Under the pieces are notes generated by a model, which was given only the letters and a program-made list of their open reading frames with translations, was not told the origin of the DNA and did not search any database. Below, in pieces: positions 37,152-47,082 of a stretch of DNA of 64,000 bases. A program made the position numbers and the translations under genes. Source of the DNA: an uncultured virus (IMG/VR IMGVR_UViG_3300047400_000175) (taxonomy: Duplodnaviria > Heunggongvirae > Uroviricota > Caudoviricetes); IMG/VR virus record IMGVR_UViG_3300047400_000175; one strand, given 5' to 3'. The stretch's first letter is position 1, and the number at the start of each line of letters is the position of its first letter.

Positions 37152-38603
37152 ATGCAAATAAGCGATTTACAAATCACCAAAGGTAATTGGCATGCTGGAC
37201 TTACAGAAGCTAACCACTTACGTGCTATGTTTTTGTTGGAGCCTGAAATGGCTTCTCAAGTAGTTACTCGTGTTTATAACAAACAAAACGGGTATAAGAA
37301 TGCTTTGTCTTTCCTCACTGGAGGTCTTGGTAAAGCTAAAGAAATGAATGACATTGTTTATCAATGGTCTGTAATGGGAGATAGCCGTAGAGCTATTAGT
37401 ATTACTCGTACAGTATTTGATGGTGCTAATGCTACCCCTGGTATTGCAGAAACTACTTTCAAAATTGGTGTACAGGAAAATTGGTTTACACTAGGAGATG
37501 TATGTTCTTGTGATGACAGTTCATATAAATTCCGTGTTATGACTATGCCTGAGTATGATGGTGTTGATTACATCCTAACTTGTCAAATGGTTACTGGTGA
37601 TCCAACAGCTTCAATTCCAGCAGCTATGCTTGCTGTAGGTAAAGAAGTATCTAAAGAATACAATGCTGTGGAAAACGATCACTCTGAAACTTCAGGTATC
37701 ACTCACTATACTTCTCCTTTGAGACTTCAAAATGTTATGTCAACTTACCGTAAGAAATTTAGTATTACTGGTGCAGTACATGATAAAGTATTGACAATTG
37801 GACTTATGTCTCCAGAAGGCAATGAAATTGCTAAAACTTGGGTTAAATACGCTGAGTGGGAGTTCTGGTGTCAGTGGATGGATGAAATTGAAATTGCTCT
37901 TATGTTTGGTCAATCTAACATGAAGGCTAATGGTACTACTAATATGAAAGGTGCTTCAGGTAACTCTGTATATCTTTCTGCTGGTTTGGAACAACAAATT
38001 TCACCTTCTAATAAGCGTTACTACACAGACTTGACAGAGTCAACAATTCGTAACTTTATGAATGACTTGGCTTATAATGGTACAGAAGATGGTCCTCGTG
38101 AATACGTTGCTCTTTGTGGACGTAACTTTATGGACTTGTTTGACCAAGCTATGAAGAAATCAGCTGCTAATTATACACTTGTTGATTCAGTATTTGTTAC
38201 TGGTTCAGGACAAGAGTTGAAACTTGGTGGTCAGTTCATGCAATATGTAGGATTGAATGGAGACAAAATCAAACTTCAAGAGTACACTCCTTATAACTCA
38301 GTTGTAAGAAATCGTTTGTTGCACCCTCGTACAGGTCGTCCTGTAGAGTCATATAAAGCTACATTCCTAAATTTCAAATCATATTCTAATGGTGAGCCTA
38401 ATATTCAAAAGGTTTATACTAAAGGACGTGAGATGGTATCAACTTACGTTGAAGGTATGTATGGACCTGCTGGTCCAAAACGTAATGGTTCTTCAGCTAC
38501 TGCTAAAGATGGATATGAGTTCCATGTAATGAGTGAGCAAGGAATCATGATGACTAATCCAACTGATGGAGCACAATTGATTTTGGATTACAATTCACTA
38601 TAA
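37152..38603 (+). CDS. major capsid protein (crAss-like)
   Basis: Position, 483 aa, strongly biased codon usage; T..NHL, G.GL.QQI and DGY.FH motifs. Confidence 0.92.
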   Translation: MQISDLQITKGNWHAGLTEANHLRAMFLLEPEMASQVVTRVYNKQNGYKNALSFLTGGLGKAKEMNDIVYQWSVMGDSRRAISITRTVFDGANATPGIAETTFKIGVQENWFTLGDVCSCDDSSYKFRVMTMPEYDGVDYILTCQMVTGDPTASIPAAMLAVGKEVSKEYNAVENDHSETSGITHYTSPLRLQNVMSTYRKKFSITGAVHDKVLTIGLMSPEGNEIAKTWVKYAEWEFWCQWMDEIEIALMFGQSNMKANGTTNMKGASGNSVYLSAGLEQQISPSNKRYYTDLTESTIRNFMNDLAYNGTEDGPREYVALCGRNFMDLFDQAMKKSAANYTLVDSVFVTGSGQELKLGGQFMQYVGLNGDKIKLQEYTPYNSVVRNRLLHPRTGRPVESYKATFLNFKSYSNGEPNIQKVYTKGREMVSTYVEGMYGPAGPKRNGSSATAKDGYEFHVMSEQGIMMTNPTDGAQLILDYNSL

Positions 38604-38623
38604 ACAAATAAATACAATGTTAT

Positions 38624-38652
38624 GAGAAGGAAGTAATAAAAACTTCCTTCTC
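38624..38652 (+). terminator. strong hairpin after the capsid gene (terminator or stabiliser)
   Basis: GAGAAGGAAGT/ACTTCCTTCTC 11-bp stem; no clear U-tract. Confidence 0.55.
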
Positions 38653-38674
38653 TAACAAAAAGGAAAAACAATAA

Positions 38675-39487
38675 ATGAATACAACAATAACAGAAATAAA
38701 GGAATTAGTTATTGTACCAACTAAGAAAGTTAAATTTTCAGGTACATATGCTTATGATGGTGCTTACTATACAATTGAAGGGGCACAATTAACAAAAGAC
38801 GGTATTTATAGTACAGGTCTTACAACAAAAGAAGAAAGAGAATTAGAAGAAGCCCTTTCAATGAAGAAAGGAGAATTATCAAAATCTAATTCAAGTTTTT
38901 GGGGTCATTGTTTAGAATTAAGACTTTCAAAAAGAAAACCAACAACTTTAGTATTTGACTTTTCAAATCCAATTGAATATATTAAATATAAAGTACTTAC
39001 TAATAGAAATGACATTGCTTCTAATGAAGCTGAAATGTTAAAGTTTCCAAAGGCTGAATTTTTTATTGATGATAAGGAAGCCAAAGCTCAAATTGAAGAA
39101 AAGAAAATTGACTTGGAATTTGAACTTATGGATAAGTTTAACGAACTTTCAATGAGTGAGAAACGTGGATACTTAAAACTTTATGGTAGAACTGGAGTTA
39201 ACGATGTTTCTGACAAAATAGTTAAAACAGAACTTTGGAAAGAAGCACAAAAAGATCCTAAAAAGTTTATAGCATTTACAACAGATAAAGACATACAAAT
39301 TAGAATTGACATTCAAGATATGTTGGAAACTGGTGTAATATTTAAAAAGAATAATTTCTATAATTTTGGTCAAGAAGTTATAGGTAAAGATATAGACGCT
39401 GTAGTAGCTTATTTTAAAGATGTAAATAAACAATCTGTAAAACTAGCAGCTAAAGCAGAAACAGAAAGAATAAAGAAAACTAAATAA
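38675..39487 (+). CDS. conserved crAss-like protein downstream of the capsid gene
   Basis: TGLT...LE..L.....L......FW motif; synteny. Confidence 0.75.
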   Translation: MNTTITEIKELVIVPTKKVKFSGTYAYDGAYYTIEGAQLTKDGIYSTGLTTKEERELEEALSMKKGELSKSNSSFWGHCLELRLSKRKPTTLVFDFSNPIEYIKYKVLTNRNDIASNEAEMLKFPKAEFFIDDKEAKAQIEEKKIDLEFELMDKFNELSMSEKRGYLKLYGRTGVNDVSDKIVKTELWKEAQKDPKKFIAFTTDKDIQIRIDIQDMLETGVIFKKNNFYNFGQEVIGKDIDAVVAYFKDVNKQSVKLAAKAETERIKKTK

Positions 39488-39495
39488 ATTAAAAT

Positions 39496-40176
39496 ATGAC
39501 CACCCAGCAGTTAATATTAGCTTTTAAGTTTGGGATGGACAAATTTGATAGCAAAGGACTTCCAAATTTTGAAGATGATGAAATCCTTTTATTACTAAAT
39601 CAAGCTCAATTAAACTTTGTTAAACAAAGATATGGGAGTAATAATAGTAAGAAAATGGGATTTGAAGAAATCCAAAAAAGAACAGAAGACCTAAAGAATT
39701 TAGTAAGAAATGCAATATTAATACCAAATGCTAATATTGCAGAAAATATAAGTGTTAATGCACAATTTGTAGATTTACCAAGTGATTACTTAGTAGCTGT
39801 ACAAGAAAGATGTAAAATAACATATAATGATTGTACTGGAAAGCCAACTCAAGATGAGTGCTTTGTGAAAGTAATACAACATAATGATTATAACACTAAT
39901 ATTAATAACCCATATTCTGGTCCTAATACAGGTAAAATATTAAGACTAATGGAGAATGGAAGAATAGAATTAATACATTCCTCTGATACTACAATTAATG
40001 AGTATAGACTTAGATATATAAAATATCCTAACGATATAACATTAGATAATACTTCAGAATTAAGTCCTGAGACGCATCAGGAAATAGTGAATGAGGCAAT
40101 TAAAATAGGATTAGAAGGAATAGAAAGTAAGAGATTACAAACATTTATACCAACAATTTTAACACAACAAGAATAA
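39496..40176 (+). CDS. tail ring / head-tail adaptor protein
   Basis: DK.DS...P.F...EI...LN.AQ; FE..QKR.EDL; Y.LRYIK.P; H.EIV..A. Confidence 0.75.
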   Translation: MTTQQLILAFKFGMDKFDSKGLPNFEDDEILLLLNQAQLNFVKQRYGSNNSKKMGFEEIQKRTEDLKNLVRNAILIPNANIAENISVNAQFVDLPSDYLVAVQERCKITYNDCTGKPTQDECFVKVIQHNDYNTNINNPYSGPNTGKILRLMENGRIELIHSSDTTINEYRLRYIKYPNDITLDNTSELSPETHQEIVNEAIKIGLEGIESKRLQTFIPTILTQQE

Positions 40177-40647
40177 ATGGCTAAAATTAAATATCCACAG
40201 AACCCAGCACTTGGTACTACTGTGAATGCTTTCCCTAAAGTGCAATATGCTAAAGTAAAAGAAATTATAGATGTTGTTAATACAGAATTTGATGGAACTG
40301 CAACTCCATCTGTAAATACATTAACAGCTAATGAAGTAATTTTAAATAAAGGAACTGTAACACAAAAAATTAGTATTACAAATGGAGTAACAATTAATAA
40401 AGCTGCTGGTACTATCACAACTGTAAGTTCAACTATTGCTCATGATGCTGCGGCATCTTTCACAGTAACAAATAGTTATGCTAAATCAGATAGTGTTATT
40501 GTTGTATCTGCTAAAACAGCAGGAGCAGGAATTCCTGTAGCAACAGTTACTACAAAATCAAATGGTAGCTTTGTTATAACATTAATTAACGCAGCCTCTA
40601 CAGCAGCTTTTAATAATACAATATCTATTGATTTCATAATTGCCTAA
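40177..40647 (+). CDS. virion auxiliary/decoration protein
   Basis: Ala/Thr-rich beta protein; GTVTQ..SIT.GVT.N...G.IT. Confidence 0.6.
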   Translation: MAKIKYPQNPALGTTVNAFPKVQYAKVKEIIDVVNTEFDGTATPSVNTLTANEVILNKGTVTQKISITNGVTINKAAGTITTVSSTIAHDAAASFTVTNSYAKSDSVIVVSAKTAGAGIPVATVTTKSNGSFVITLINAASTAAFNNTISIDFIIA

Positions 40648-40701
40648 TAAAATAGAAACTATAGCAAAAGAATAATAATAAATAACAAAAATTAAATTAA
40701 A

Positions 40702-41958
40702 ATGCAAGACAAAATAACAAATGTTTTCATCGGAGATGGAACAAATTTACCAGCTGATGGTACTTCAGCATCTATAACTACTAATATTAGTATTGTAAGT
40801 GATCAAATGACAAATATGAATGCTAGTGGTTATACAATTAATACCACCCCTAAAATTTATTTTGTAAATAAAATGTCAGATAGTACACTTAAAAGATCTG
40901 TACCAATTGTAGGTGTTAATTTATCGGCTTATACCTCTAAGGCATATAAACCAGCCACAAAATGTGTTTGGAGTATTGGTTATAACAGAGATATTGCTGC
41001 TGCAAGCAGTCCAACTGGAAGTGCAATTTCAGCTGGTGGTTTTATTGAAGTAAATCAATTAACTCAATATAATTTTGATATTCACTTTACTAATGATAAA
41101 ACTTTTTATTCAGAACGTCCTGAATATTTAAGAGTATCATTTACATCTTCAGCTAGCGCTACACAATTAACTATCGCTACACAAATTAATAATGCAATTA
41201 ATAACTCTGCATGGGGCGGTAAAGAGGTATCGTCTATAATTGTAACAGATGGTTCTGGTAATTATGGTGTTGAAGTTTGGGCATTAGATATTCCTCAATT
41301 TCGTGAAACAAGCTATACAGTAGAATATGTAAATTTCTCTGTACAAGCAGATAGTTCAACTGGTTTTGGTGCTACTACAGTTACTCAACTTTGTGCAATG
41401 GCTCCAGGTTCTGGAACATATGAATCAGTATACACCACTGAAAAATGGGCTAAAAAAGATGATGGTGTATTGAATTGGACAAAATTCCCAATTCCAACAC
41501 AACAATATCTTGCTAGTTCAGCAGGAACTACATCTGGTACAGTAACAACTGTTACTGGAACATCTGGTAATGACTATGCTACATTTGCTGGTGGTTCCAT
41601 AACACAACTACCAACAGGTAGTACAATTATGATTGATGGTTATACTTATATAATTAAGTATTGGTCAACTACAACTGTAGCTGTATTAACTTCCGCATTA
41701 CAAACATCACCTTCTACAAGTAATGTTACAGCAAAAGCTTGGTATGATACATTTACTTTTAAAGTAACAGACCTTACTAAATTAGATGGACCAGGTGTTC
41801 TTCAGGTTAGTGAAAAGTATGTAATAGTATATTTACCAGCAATTGATGCTGGTACAGACAATATGACAGCTTTAAGTACAGTTATAAATAAGTATAACAA
41901 TGTAATGGGTGAATGGTTAGGATCTACACCATTAAATCCAAGTACTACTGTATCGTAA
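40702..41958 (+). CDS. virion structural protein (auxiliary capsid-like)
   Basis: 418 aa, Thr/Ser/Gly-rich; same AAATTAAATTAAAATG leader as the capsid gene. Confidence 0.65.
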   Translation: MQDKITNVFIGDGTNLPADGTSASITTNISIVSDQMTNMNASGYTINTTPKIYFVNKMSDSTLKRSVPIVGVNLSAYTSKAYKPATKCVWSIGYNRDIAAASSPTGSAISAGGFIEVNQLTQYNFDIHFTNDKTFYSERPEYLRVSFTSSASATQLTIATQINNAINNSAWGGKEVSSIIVTDGSGNYGVEVWALDIPQFRETSYTVEYVNFSVQADSSTGFGATTVTQLCAMAPGSGTYESVYTTEKWAKKDDGVLNWTKFPIPTQQYLASSAGTTSGTVTTVTGTSGNDYATFAGGSITQLPTGSTIMIDGYTYIIKYWSTTTVAVLTSALQTSPSTSNVTAKAWYDTFTFKVTDLTKLDGPGVLQVSEKYVIVYLPAIDAGTDNMTALSTVINKYNNVMGEWLGSTPLNPSTTVS

Positions 41959-42080
41959 TATGAATTTCAATTAAGGAAGGAAACTTCATATATATATAAA
42001 GGCTCTTGCCCCCTACATTGTAAGTAGTTTTCTTCCTTTTCTACAACAATGTTTAGGGGGCATTCCTTTTATAAAATAAT

Positions 42081-42641
42081 ATGGCTTTAAGTTTAAGTTT
42101 TAATATATGTACAAAAAGTGGTTGTAAGTCATTAGTATTTACAGAAACTACTGGTGTATATTCAATAGTCAATACCACTGGGTATGGTGATCCAAACCCC
42201 TTAACCACTGAATTTAGTTCAGCTACTTTGGTATTAACATTTAATGACATAGACTATACATTTGATTTAACATCTAGTAATTTTCCGACAAGCGATGACA
42301 ATGTAGTATTTGAAATACTTCCATCAGACATAGGACAAACAGATGTTATTACAGATGGTATTTATTACTTCAAATACACTATAACTGGAACAGGAGGAAC
42401 ATACTTTCAAACAGGAGTAAATGCAACGTATTGTAATGCTTCTTGTTGTGTAAGTCAAATGTTATGTGATATAGATGTAGATTGTGATTGTTCTAAGTCT
42501 AAATTAGATAAATATATTAAAGCCAGTATTCTATTAAAACAATTAGAATGTGCTGGTAATAGTGATAATGTAGTTAGTTTTAATAATGCTTTAGATGTTA
42601 TTAACAAACTATGTAAAAATTCTGGATGTAACTGTAATTAA
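42081..42641 (+). CDS. tail/hub structural protein with Cys-rich C-terminus
   Basis: DGIY.F.Y; CCV...CDC; CKNSGCNCN. Confidence 0.7.
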   Translation: MALSLSFNICTKSGCKSLVFTETTGVYSIVNTTGYGDPNPLTTEFSSATLVLTFNDIDYTFDLTSSNFPTSDDNVVFEILPSDIGQTDVITDGIYYFKYTITGTGGTYFQTGVNATYCNASCCVSQMLCDIDVDCDCSKSKLDKYIKASILLKQLECAGNSDNVVSFNNALDVINKLCKNSGCNCN

Positions 42642-42653
42642 AAATATAATATA

Positions 42654-43520
42654 ATGTGTAATTGCTCAAGTAACTGTAAATGTTTAAATAGCACGGTCGT
42701 GCCAAGAGGTAAACAAGGAGATCCTGGTATTGATGGTAGAGATGGAATATATGGAGGATTTGCTGGTAAATGGACTTATAATGGAAGTGTTAGTCCCACA
42801 GTACCAACTATGTCAGGTACATATCAATTAAGATTCAATGATAGTGATTCAGCAGATGTTACAGAAATATATGTAAGTAAAACTGGAAATTATGCAATAG
42901 ATTTTAGTGATTTTTTAGCTTCCTTTGATAATTCTGGAAGTTATGGTAGAATTAGAATATTCAAAGAATATGATTCTACTAAATTCTGGATGGGAGAAAT
43001 TACTTCTGTCCATGATAATGGAGCACTCCCATATTATACATTAGGAGTATCTTACATTACAGCAAGTGCTAGTGTAATTCCTACAACTATATTTATTAGT
43101 CCTACTGAAAATATAGTAATGGAATTTTCAATAACTGGACCATCTACTGGAGTAACACTGTCATATTCTTATGCAAATAGTACCACAGATTTTATAATAC
43201 GAACCCCTGGAACAGATGATTGGGTTAATATATGTAGTTTTATTTGGGATGGTGTAACATACTATGGAGGACAACCGTTTAGCTTTTCATTAATATATCA
43301 ATTTATTGGTGGGGAAGGACAAACGCAGGTGCAAATATATGATGAAACAAACTCAACAATAATTTGTGATGATAATATTGGAGATACATCTAAAAGATTA
43401 GATAGTTTAGCCATAATTAATAGTTCATCAAATGATGGAGCAATTTATACATTGCGTGCAAAATATAAAGAAGGAGAAACTGCCGATATGAGATTATGGG
43501 CAATTAGTGTAGTATTTTAA
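42654..43520 (+). CDS. fibre-like protein with short collagen repeat
   Basis: MCNCSSNCKC; GKQGDPGIDGRDG. Confidence 0.65.
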   Translation: MCNCSSNCKCLNSTVVPRGKQGDPGIDGRDGIYGGFAGKWTYNGSVSPTVPTMSGTYQLRFNDSDSADVTEIYVSKTGNYAIDFSDFLASFDNSGSYGRIRIFKEYDSTKFWMGEITSVHDNGALPYYTLGVSYITASASVIPTTIFISPTENIVMEFSITGPSTGVTLSYSYANSTTDFIIRTPGTDDWVNICSFIWDGVTYYGGQPFSFSLIYQFIGGEGQTQVQIYDETNSTIICDDNIGDTSKRLDSLAIINSSSNDGAIYTLRAKYKEGETADMRLWAISVVF

Positions 43521-43521
43521 T

Positions 43522-44133
43522 ATGTACATATTACAATCAGATCTCACTCAATATTTAAGACTTTCAGGAATTTATTACACACAAATGTGTGATGATTTTG
43601 TTAAGCAACTCAAGTATGGTGGGAAATGTATAGATTGTTTACAAGACAAATTATTCTTATTTAAAGAATATATAGAGGCATTAGAGTGCTACAATGTGTA
43701 CACTGGTGGTAGTGGTTATTATAAGATAACAAATAATGCTAATTCAAGACATATATTATTTACTATAACAATTTATGTTAATAATGTATCAATTGGTAGT
43801 GTAACCACTAACTCAAATGATCCTGTTGCCACAATGCAACAATTAGCTATTAATATAAATGATTATCAATCAGATTATACAGCTGTATATAACAGTTTAT
43901 CTCAGCAAATAGATATTACATCTGATATTACAAAAATACCTGCTGATAATGGGGAGTTATCTTTTCACACTACATGGACAGCATTAGAAAGTACAATATC
44001 TGGTTTAGAAGGAGGTATTGATAATACAGATAATTGTTATACAGAAGATCAAATAAAACAAATAATTAACAACATTGAAAAACTAACAGGTTGTTGTTTT
44101 CAAACATTAGGATTTCAATATATAACAGAATAA
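43522..44133 (+). CDS. tail structural protein
   Basis: Cys motifs at both ends; synteny. Confidence 0.65.
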   Translation: MYILQSDLTQYLRLSGIYYTQMCDDFVKQLKYGGKCIDCLQDKLFLFKEYIEALECYNVYTGGSGYYKITNNANSRHILFTITIYVNNVSIGSVTTNSNDPVATMQQLAININDYQSDYTAVYNSLSQQIDITSDITKIPADNGELSFHTTWTALESTISGLEGGIDNTDNCYTEDQIKQIINNIEKLTGCCFQTLGFQYITE

Positions 44134-44138
44134 ATAAA

Positions 44139-44504
44139 ATGGCAGATAGCATAGGAACAATTTTTGGTAATCAAAGTAAATCATATTTAGAAGGGTTACT
44201 CCGTAAAGCAATAAATGATTATATTGCTTTTAGTTATGAAAAGATTAAAATATCTAATGGTGGGATTAGGACTCTAACTATTCCAAATGGAGCTAAATAT
44301 GCAGAATTAATTATAGAATCTGATGGAAGTGGAGATGTAGCAAGATATTTAAATACTTTACAAACAACAGTTGATCTTACACATGGTATTCCATTATCTA
44401 ATGGTAGTACATTTGATATATCTATGACAGAAAATCTTACTAATTTTCAAATAGTTGGTATAACTGGAGATTTAACTTATTTACATGTTCAATACTATAA
44501 ATAG
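44139..44504 (+). CDS. structural protein
   Basis: ATG (MADSIG) preferred; LTIP.GA.YA; L.VQYYK end. Confidence 0.65.
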   Translation: MADSIGTIFGNQSKSYLEGLLRKAINDYIAFSYEKIKISNGGIRTLTIPNGAKYAELIIESDGSGDVARYLNTLQTTVDLTHGIPLSNGSTFDISMTENLTNFQIVGITGDLTYLHVQYYK

Positions 44505-44510
44505 TACAAT

Positions 44511-44657
44511 ATGTTAAATAATGTAAAAAAAAGAATATTGAATTTATATGATTCTAGCTCTAATAATGGAGTTATACCAATAACTTATAGGGATTTAAAA
44601 TCAATTAATATATATTACTATTATTTAATAAAACAATATAGCATATTTAAACAATAA
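44511..44657 (+). pseudogene. possible truncated tail-fibre remnant (48 aa)
   Basis: MLNNVKKRILNLYDSSSNNGVIPITYRDLKS then decays into AT-rich low complexity. Confidence 0.35.
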
Positions 44658-44661
44658 ATTT

Positions 44662-44985
44662 ATGATAATAATGAATGTAGAATTTTCAAGTACGGATTTA
44701 ATAATAGGCGTAGCTGGAGTTATAGGATTTATTATTGAAGGATTTATGGGATATTTTTTAACACAAACAATGGATAGGTTAAAAGCATCAGAATCTCTTG
44801 GTATAGAAACACAAAGAGATCTTCATGTTTTAAAAAATGATCATGAAAATAAACATATTCAATTAACAAATCATTTTGAAAGACTTAGTAGATCATTAGA
44901 TGATAATACTAAAGAAATGAAGGAATATACAAAGGAAATGAGAGAGTTTAGAGAAATAGTATTAGAAAAACTAGCAAGTCATTAA
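44662..44985 (+). CDS. lysis-module membrane protein (holin-like, 1 TM + coiled coil)
   Basis: N-terminal TM and coiled coil; precedes the endolysin. Confidence 0.55.
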   Translation: MIIMNVEFSSTDLIIGVAGVIGFIIEGFMGYFLTQTMDRLKASESLGIETQRDLHVLKNDHENKHIQLTNHFERLSRSLDDNTKEMKEYTKEMREFREIVLEKLASH

Positions 44986-44989
44986 GCTA

Positions 44990-45463
44990 ATGGATAACAT
45001 CACTATAACAAGATTATCAAGGTTACATCCTAAATTAAGAAGTGATGTTACCATAGCAATTCAAAAAGCTAATTCATTAGGAATTGATTTTAGAATTACA
45101 CAAGGATTAAGAACAATTGATGAACAAAATGCTTTATATGCCCAAGGAAGAACTAAACCAGGACTAATAGTAACAAATGCTAAAGGAGGGCAATCTTTTC
45201 ATAATTATGGATTAGCATTAGATTTTTGTTTATTACATAAAGACGGAAACATAAGTTTCTCTATAACAGAAGACTCTAATAATGATAAGAAAAAAGATTG
45301 GGATGAAGTAGTACAAGTATTTCTAAATTTAGGATGGGAACATGGTGACAGAGGTTATTTTGACAATCCTCATGTTCAAAAAGTTTTTGGTTTAACACCA
45401 GAAAAATGTTTAGAAAAAATAAATAATAAACAAGTAGATTCTTCAGGTTATATATTAATATGA
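44990..45463 (+). CDS. endolysin, M15 L-Ala-D-Glu peptidase family
   Basis: RT..EQ..LYAQGRT; SFHNYGLALD; D.PHVQ. Confidence 0.92.
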   Translation: MDNITITRLSRLHPKLRSDVTIAIQKANSLGIDFRITQGLRTIDEQNALYAQGRTKPGLIVTNAKGGQSFHNYGLALDFCLLHKDGNISFSITEDSNNDKKKDWDEVVQVFLNLGWEHGDRGYFDNPHVQKVFGLTPEKCLEKINNKQVDSSGYILI

Positions 45464-45654
45464 AACTTTCAACAGCAAATTATTATAAACAAACTCCTAA
45501 AAAAATGAGAAAATTAGGAGATGGTTTATTAGGACTTTCTACATTACTTACATCATATGCTATAATAGATGAGTGGGGGAAATGCATACAAATAACGTCA
45601 ATGGTACTCGGAGTGCTTGGTAAAATTTTAACAAATTTCTTTTCAGATGAATAA
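45460..45654 (+). CDS. small 2-TM holin-like protein
   Basis: TPKK.RK.GD..L; two hydrophobic segments; GK.LTNFF. Confidence 0.65.
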   Translation: MKLSTANYYKQTPKKMRKLGDGLLGLSTLLTSYAIIDEWGKCIQITSMVLGVLGKILTNFFSDE

Positions 45655-46402
45655 TGTATACTATGTATATGTACATTATAAACTTAGTGATGGTACTCCT
45701 TTTTATATAGGTAAAGGTAAAGATTATAGACATAATTCTAAAAAGAATAGAAATAATTATTGGAAAAACATTGTAAATAAACATGGATTTATATCTCAAA
45801 AGTTAGTTGAAGATATAACAGAGAAGGAAGCATTCAGTGAAGAAATGTTTTATATTTCTTACTTTAAATTTTTAGGATTTAAATTATGTAATATGTCGGA
45901 CGGTGGAGAAGGTAATAATAATCCTTCAGACGAAGTTAGAAAAAAATTAAGTTTTATTGCTAAAAATATTTCAGATGAAACTAGAAACAAAATGAAATTA
46001 ACAGCTATGGGTAGGAGAGTTTCAGATGAAACTAGATTAAAGATGTCAATTAAACACAAGAATCCTTCAGTAGAAACACGACAAAAGATGTCAATGAGAA
46101 GTAAGGGAAGAAAACATTCTCAAGAAACTAAAAATAAAATGTCTATTATTAATAAAAATAGATCTAAAGAATTAGTAAAAAGAATAACTGATAAAAATAA
46201 AATACCCATTATACAATTGGATTTATATAATAATTTTATAAGTGAATGGGATTCTGCTACTGATGCTGGTAAAGCTTTAAAAATAACACCATCCGACATA
46301 AGCTGTTGCTGCAAAGGAAAGTATAAAAATAGATATAAAACAGCTGGCGGGTTTAAATGGAAGTATAAAAATAATGAAGTAACACAAACAGGAAATATTT
46401 AA
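45647..46402 (+). mobile_element. free-standing GIY-YIG homing endonuclease with NUMOD3 repeats and NUMOD1
   Basis: YYVY.H...FYIGKG...R; E; N..DGGEG; repeated S.ETR.KMS; I..CC.GK..TAGGFKWKY. Confidence 0.88.
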
Positions 46403-46403
46403 A

Positions 46404-46997
46404 ATGGAAATAAAGGAACAAATAAAAAATTATATTATATTGGGAAGCTTCCTAATTATAGGAATATTATTAATGGTAAAATCTTGCGGAAAAACTGTAA
46501 CCAAAACAGAATACCAGCCAGAAGTAGAACACCATTATGATACTATATATCAAAAAGATACTTTAATACAATTTAAAACAAAGTATAATACCAAGCCAGT
46601 ATATGTATATTTGGACACAACGCATATTAGAGCAACTAATGTTTGTGACAGTATTAGAGAGTATTCAGATACTTTAAAAAATCTACAATTAGATATATAT
46701 TCTAAAAATTCTGTTTTAGGGATTTTAAAGAGCTCAAATATTAGTTATAAACTCAAAGTACCAATTATAATTAAAGACTCCTCTATTGTCACAAAAACAG
46801 TGAATAATGTAATTATTCAACCTAATAAATGGGATTTATATGCAATAGGGGAATTAGGAGGTAGTCAAACTTCATTTAATATGTATCCTGGGATAGGTTT
46901 AAGAGTTAATAGAATATTAGTCACAAGTAAATATGGAATATTAGACAAGTCAATTAATATTGGGGTGGGCGTTAAAATATTTAGCTCTAAAAAATAA
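46404..46997 (+). CDS. putative spanin-like / outer-membrane lysis protein
   Basis: Hydrophobic N-terminus ending VKSC; DT-rich linker; amphipathic beta C-terminus. Confidence 0.5.
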   Translation: MEIKEQIKNYIILGSFLIIGILLMVKSCGKTVTKTEYQPEVEHHYDTIYQKDTLIQFKTKYNTKPVYVYLDTTHIRATNVCDSIREYSDTLKNLQLDIYSKNSVLGILKSSNISYKLKVPIIIKDSSIVTKTVNNVIIQPNKWDLYAIGELGGSQTSFNMYPGIGLRVNRILVTSKYGILDKSINIGVGVKIFSSKK

Positions 46998-47005
46998 ATA
47001 TTGAT

Positions 47006-47045
47006 AAATACTTGACTTTGTCAATAAAAATCATTATATTGTATA
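47006..47045 (+). promoter_or_regulatory. repeated promoter motif, copy 4
   Basis: TTG(47012)-N20-TATATT(47035). Confidence 0.7.
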
Positions 47046-47068
47046 TAGGGCTGTAATGGCCCTATTTT
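47045..47068 (+). terminator. hairpin/terminator after the lysis cassette
   Basis: ATAGGGCT-GTAAT-GGCCCTAT-TTT. Confidence 0.55.
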
Positions 47069-47082
47069 AATTTAAATATGAT

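Noticed and set aside
42654..44657. Diversity-generating retroelement or invertible fibre locus
   Set aside because: No reverse transcriptase, recombinase or TR/VR repeat pair is visible in the window
45647..46402. Group I intron around the endonuclease
   Set aside because: The ORF abuts both neighbours, leaving no space for an intron core
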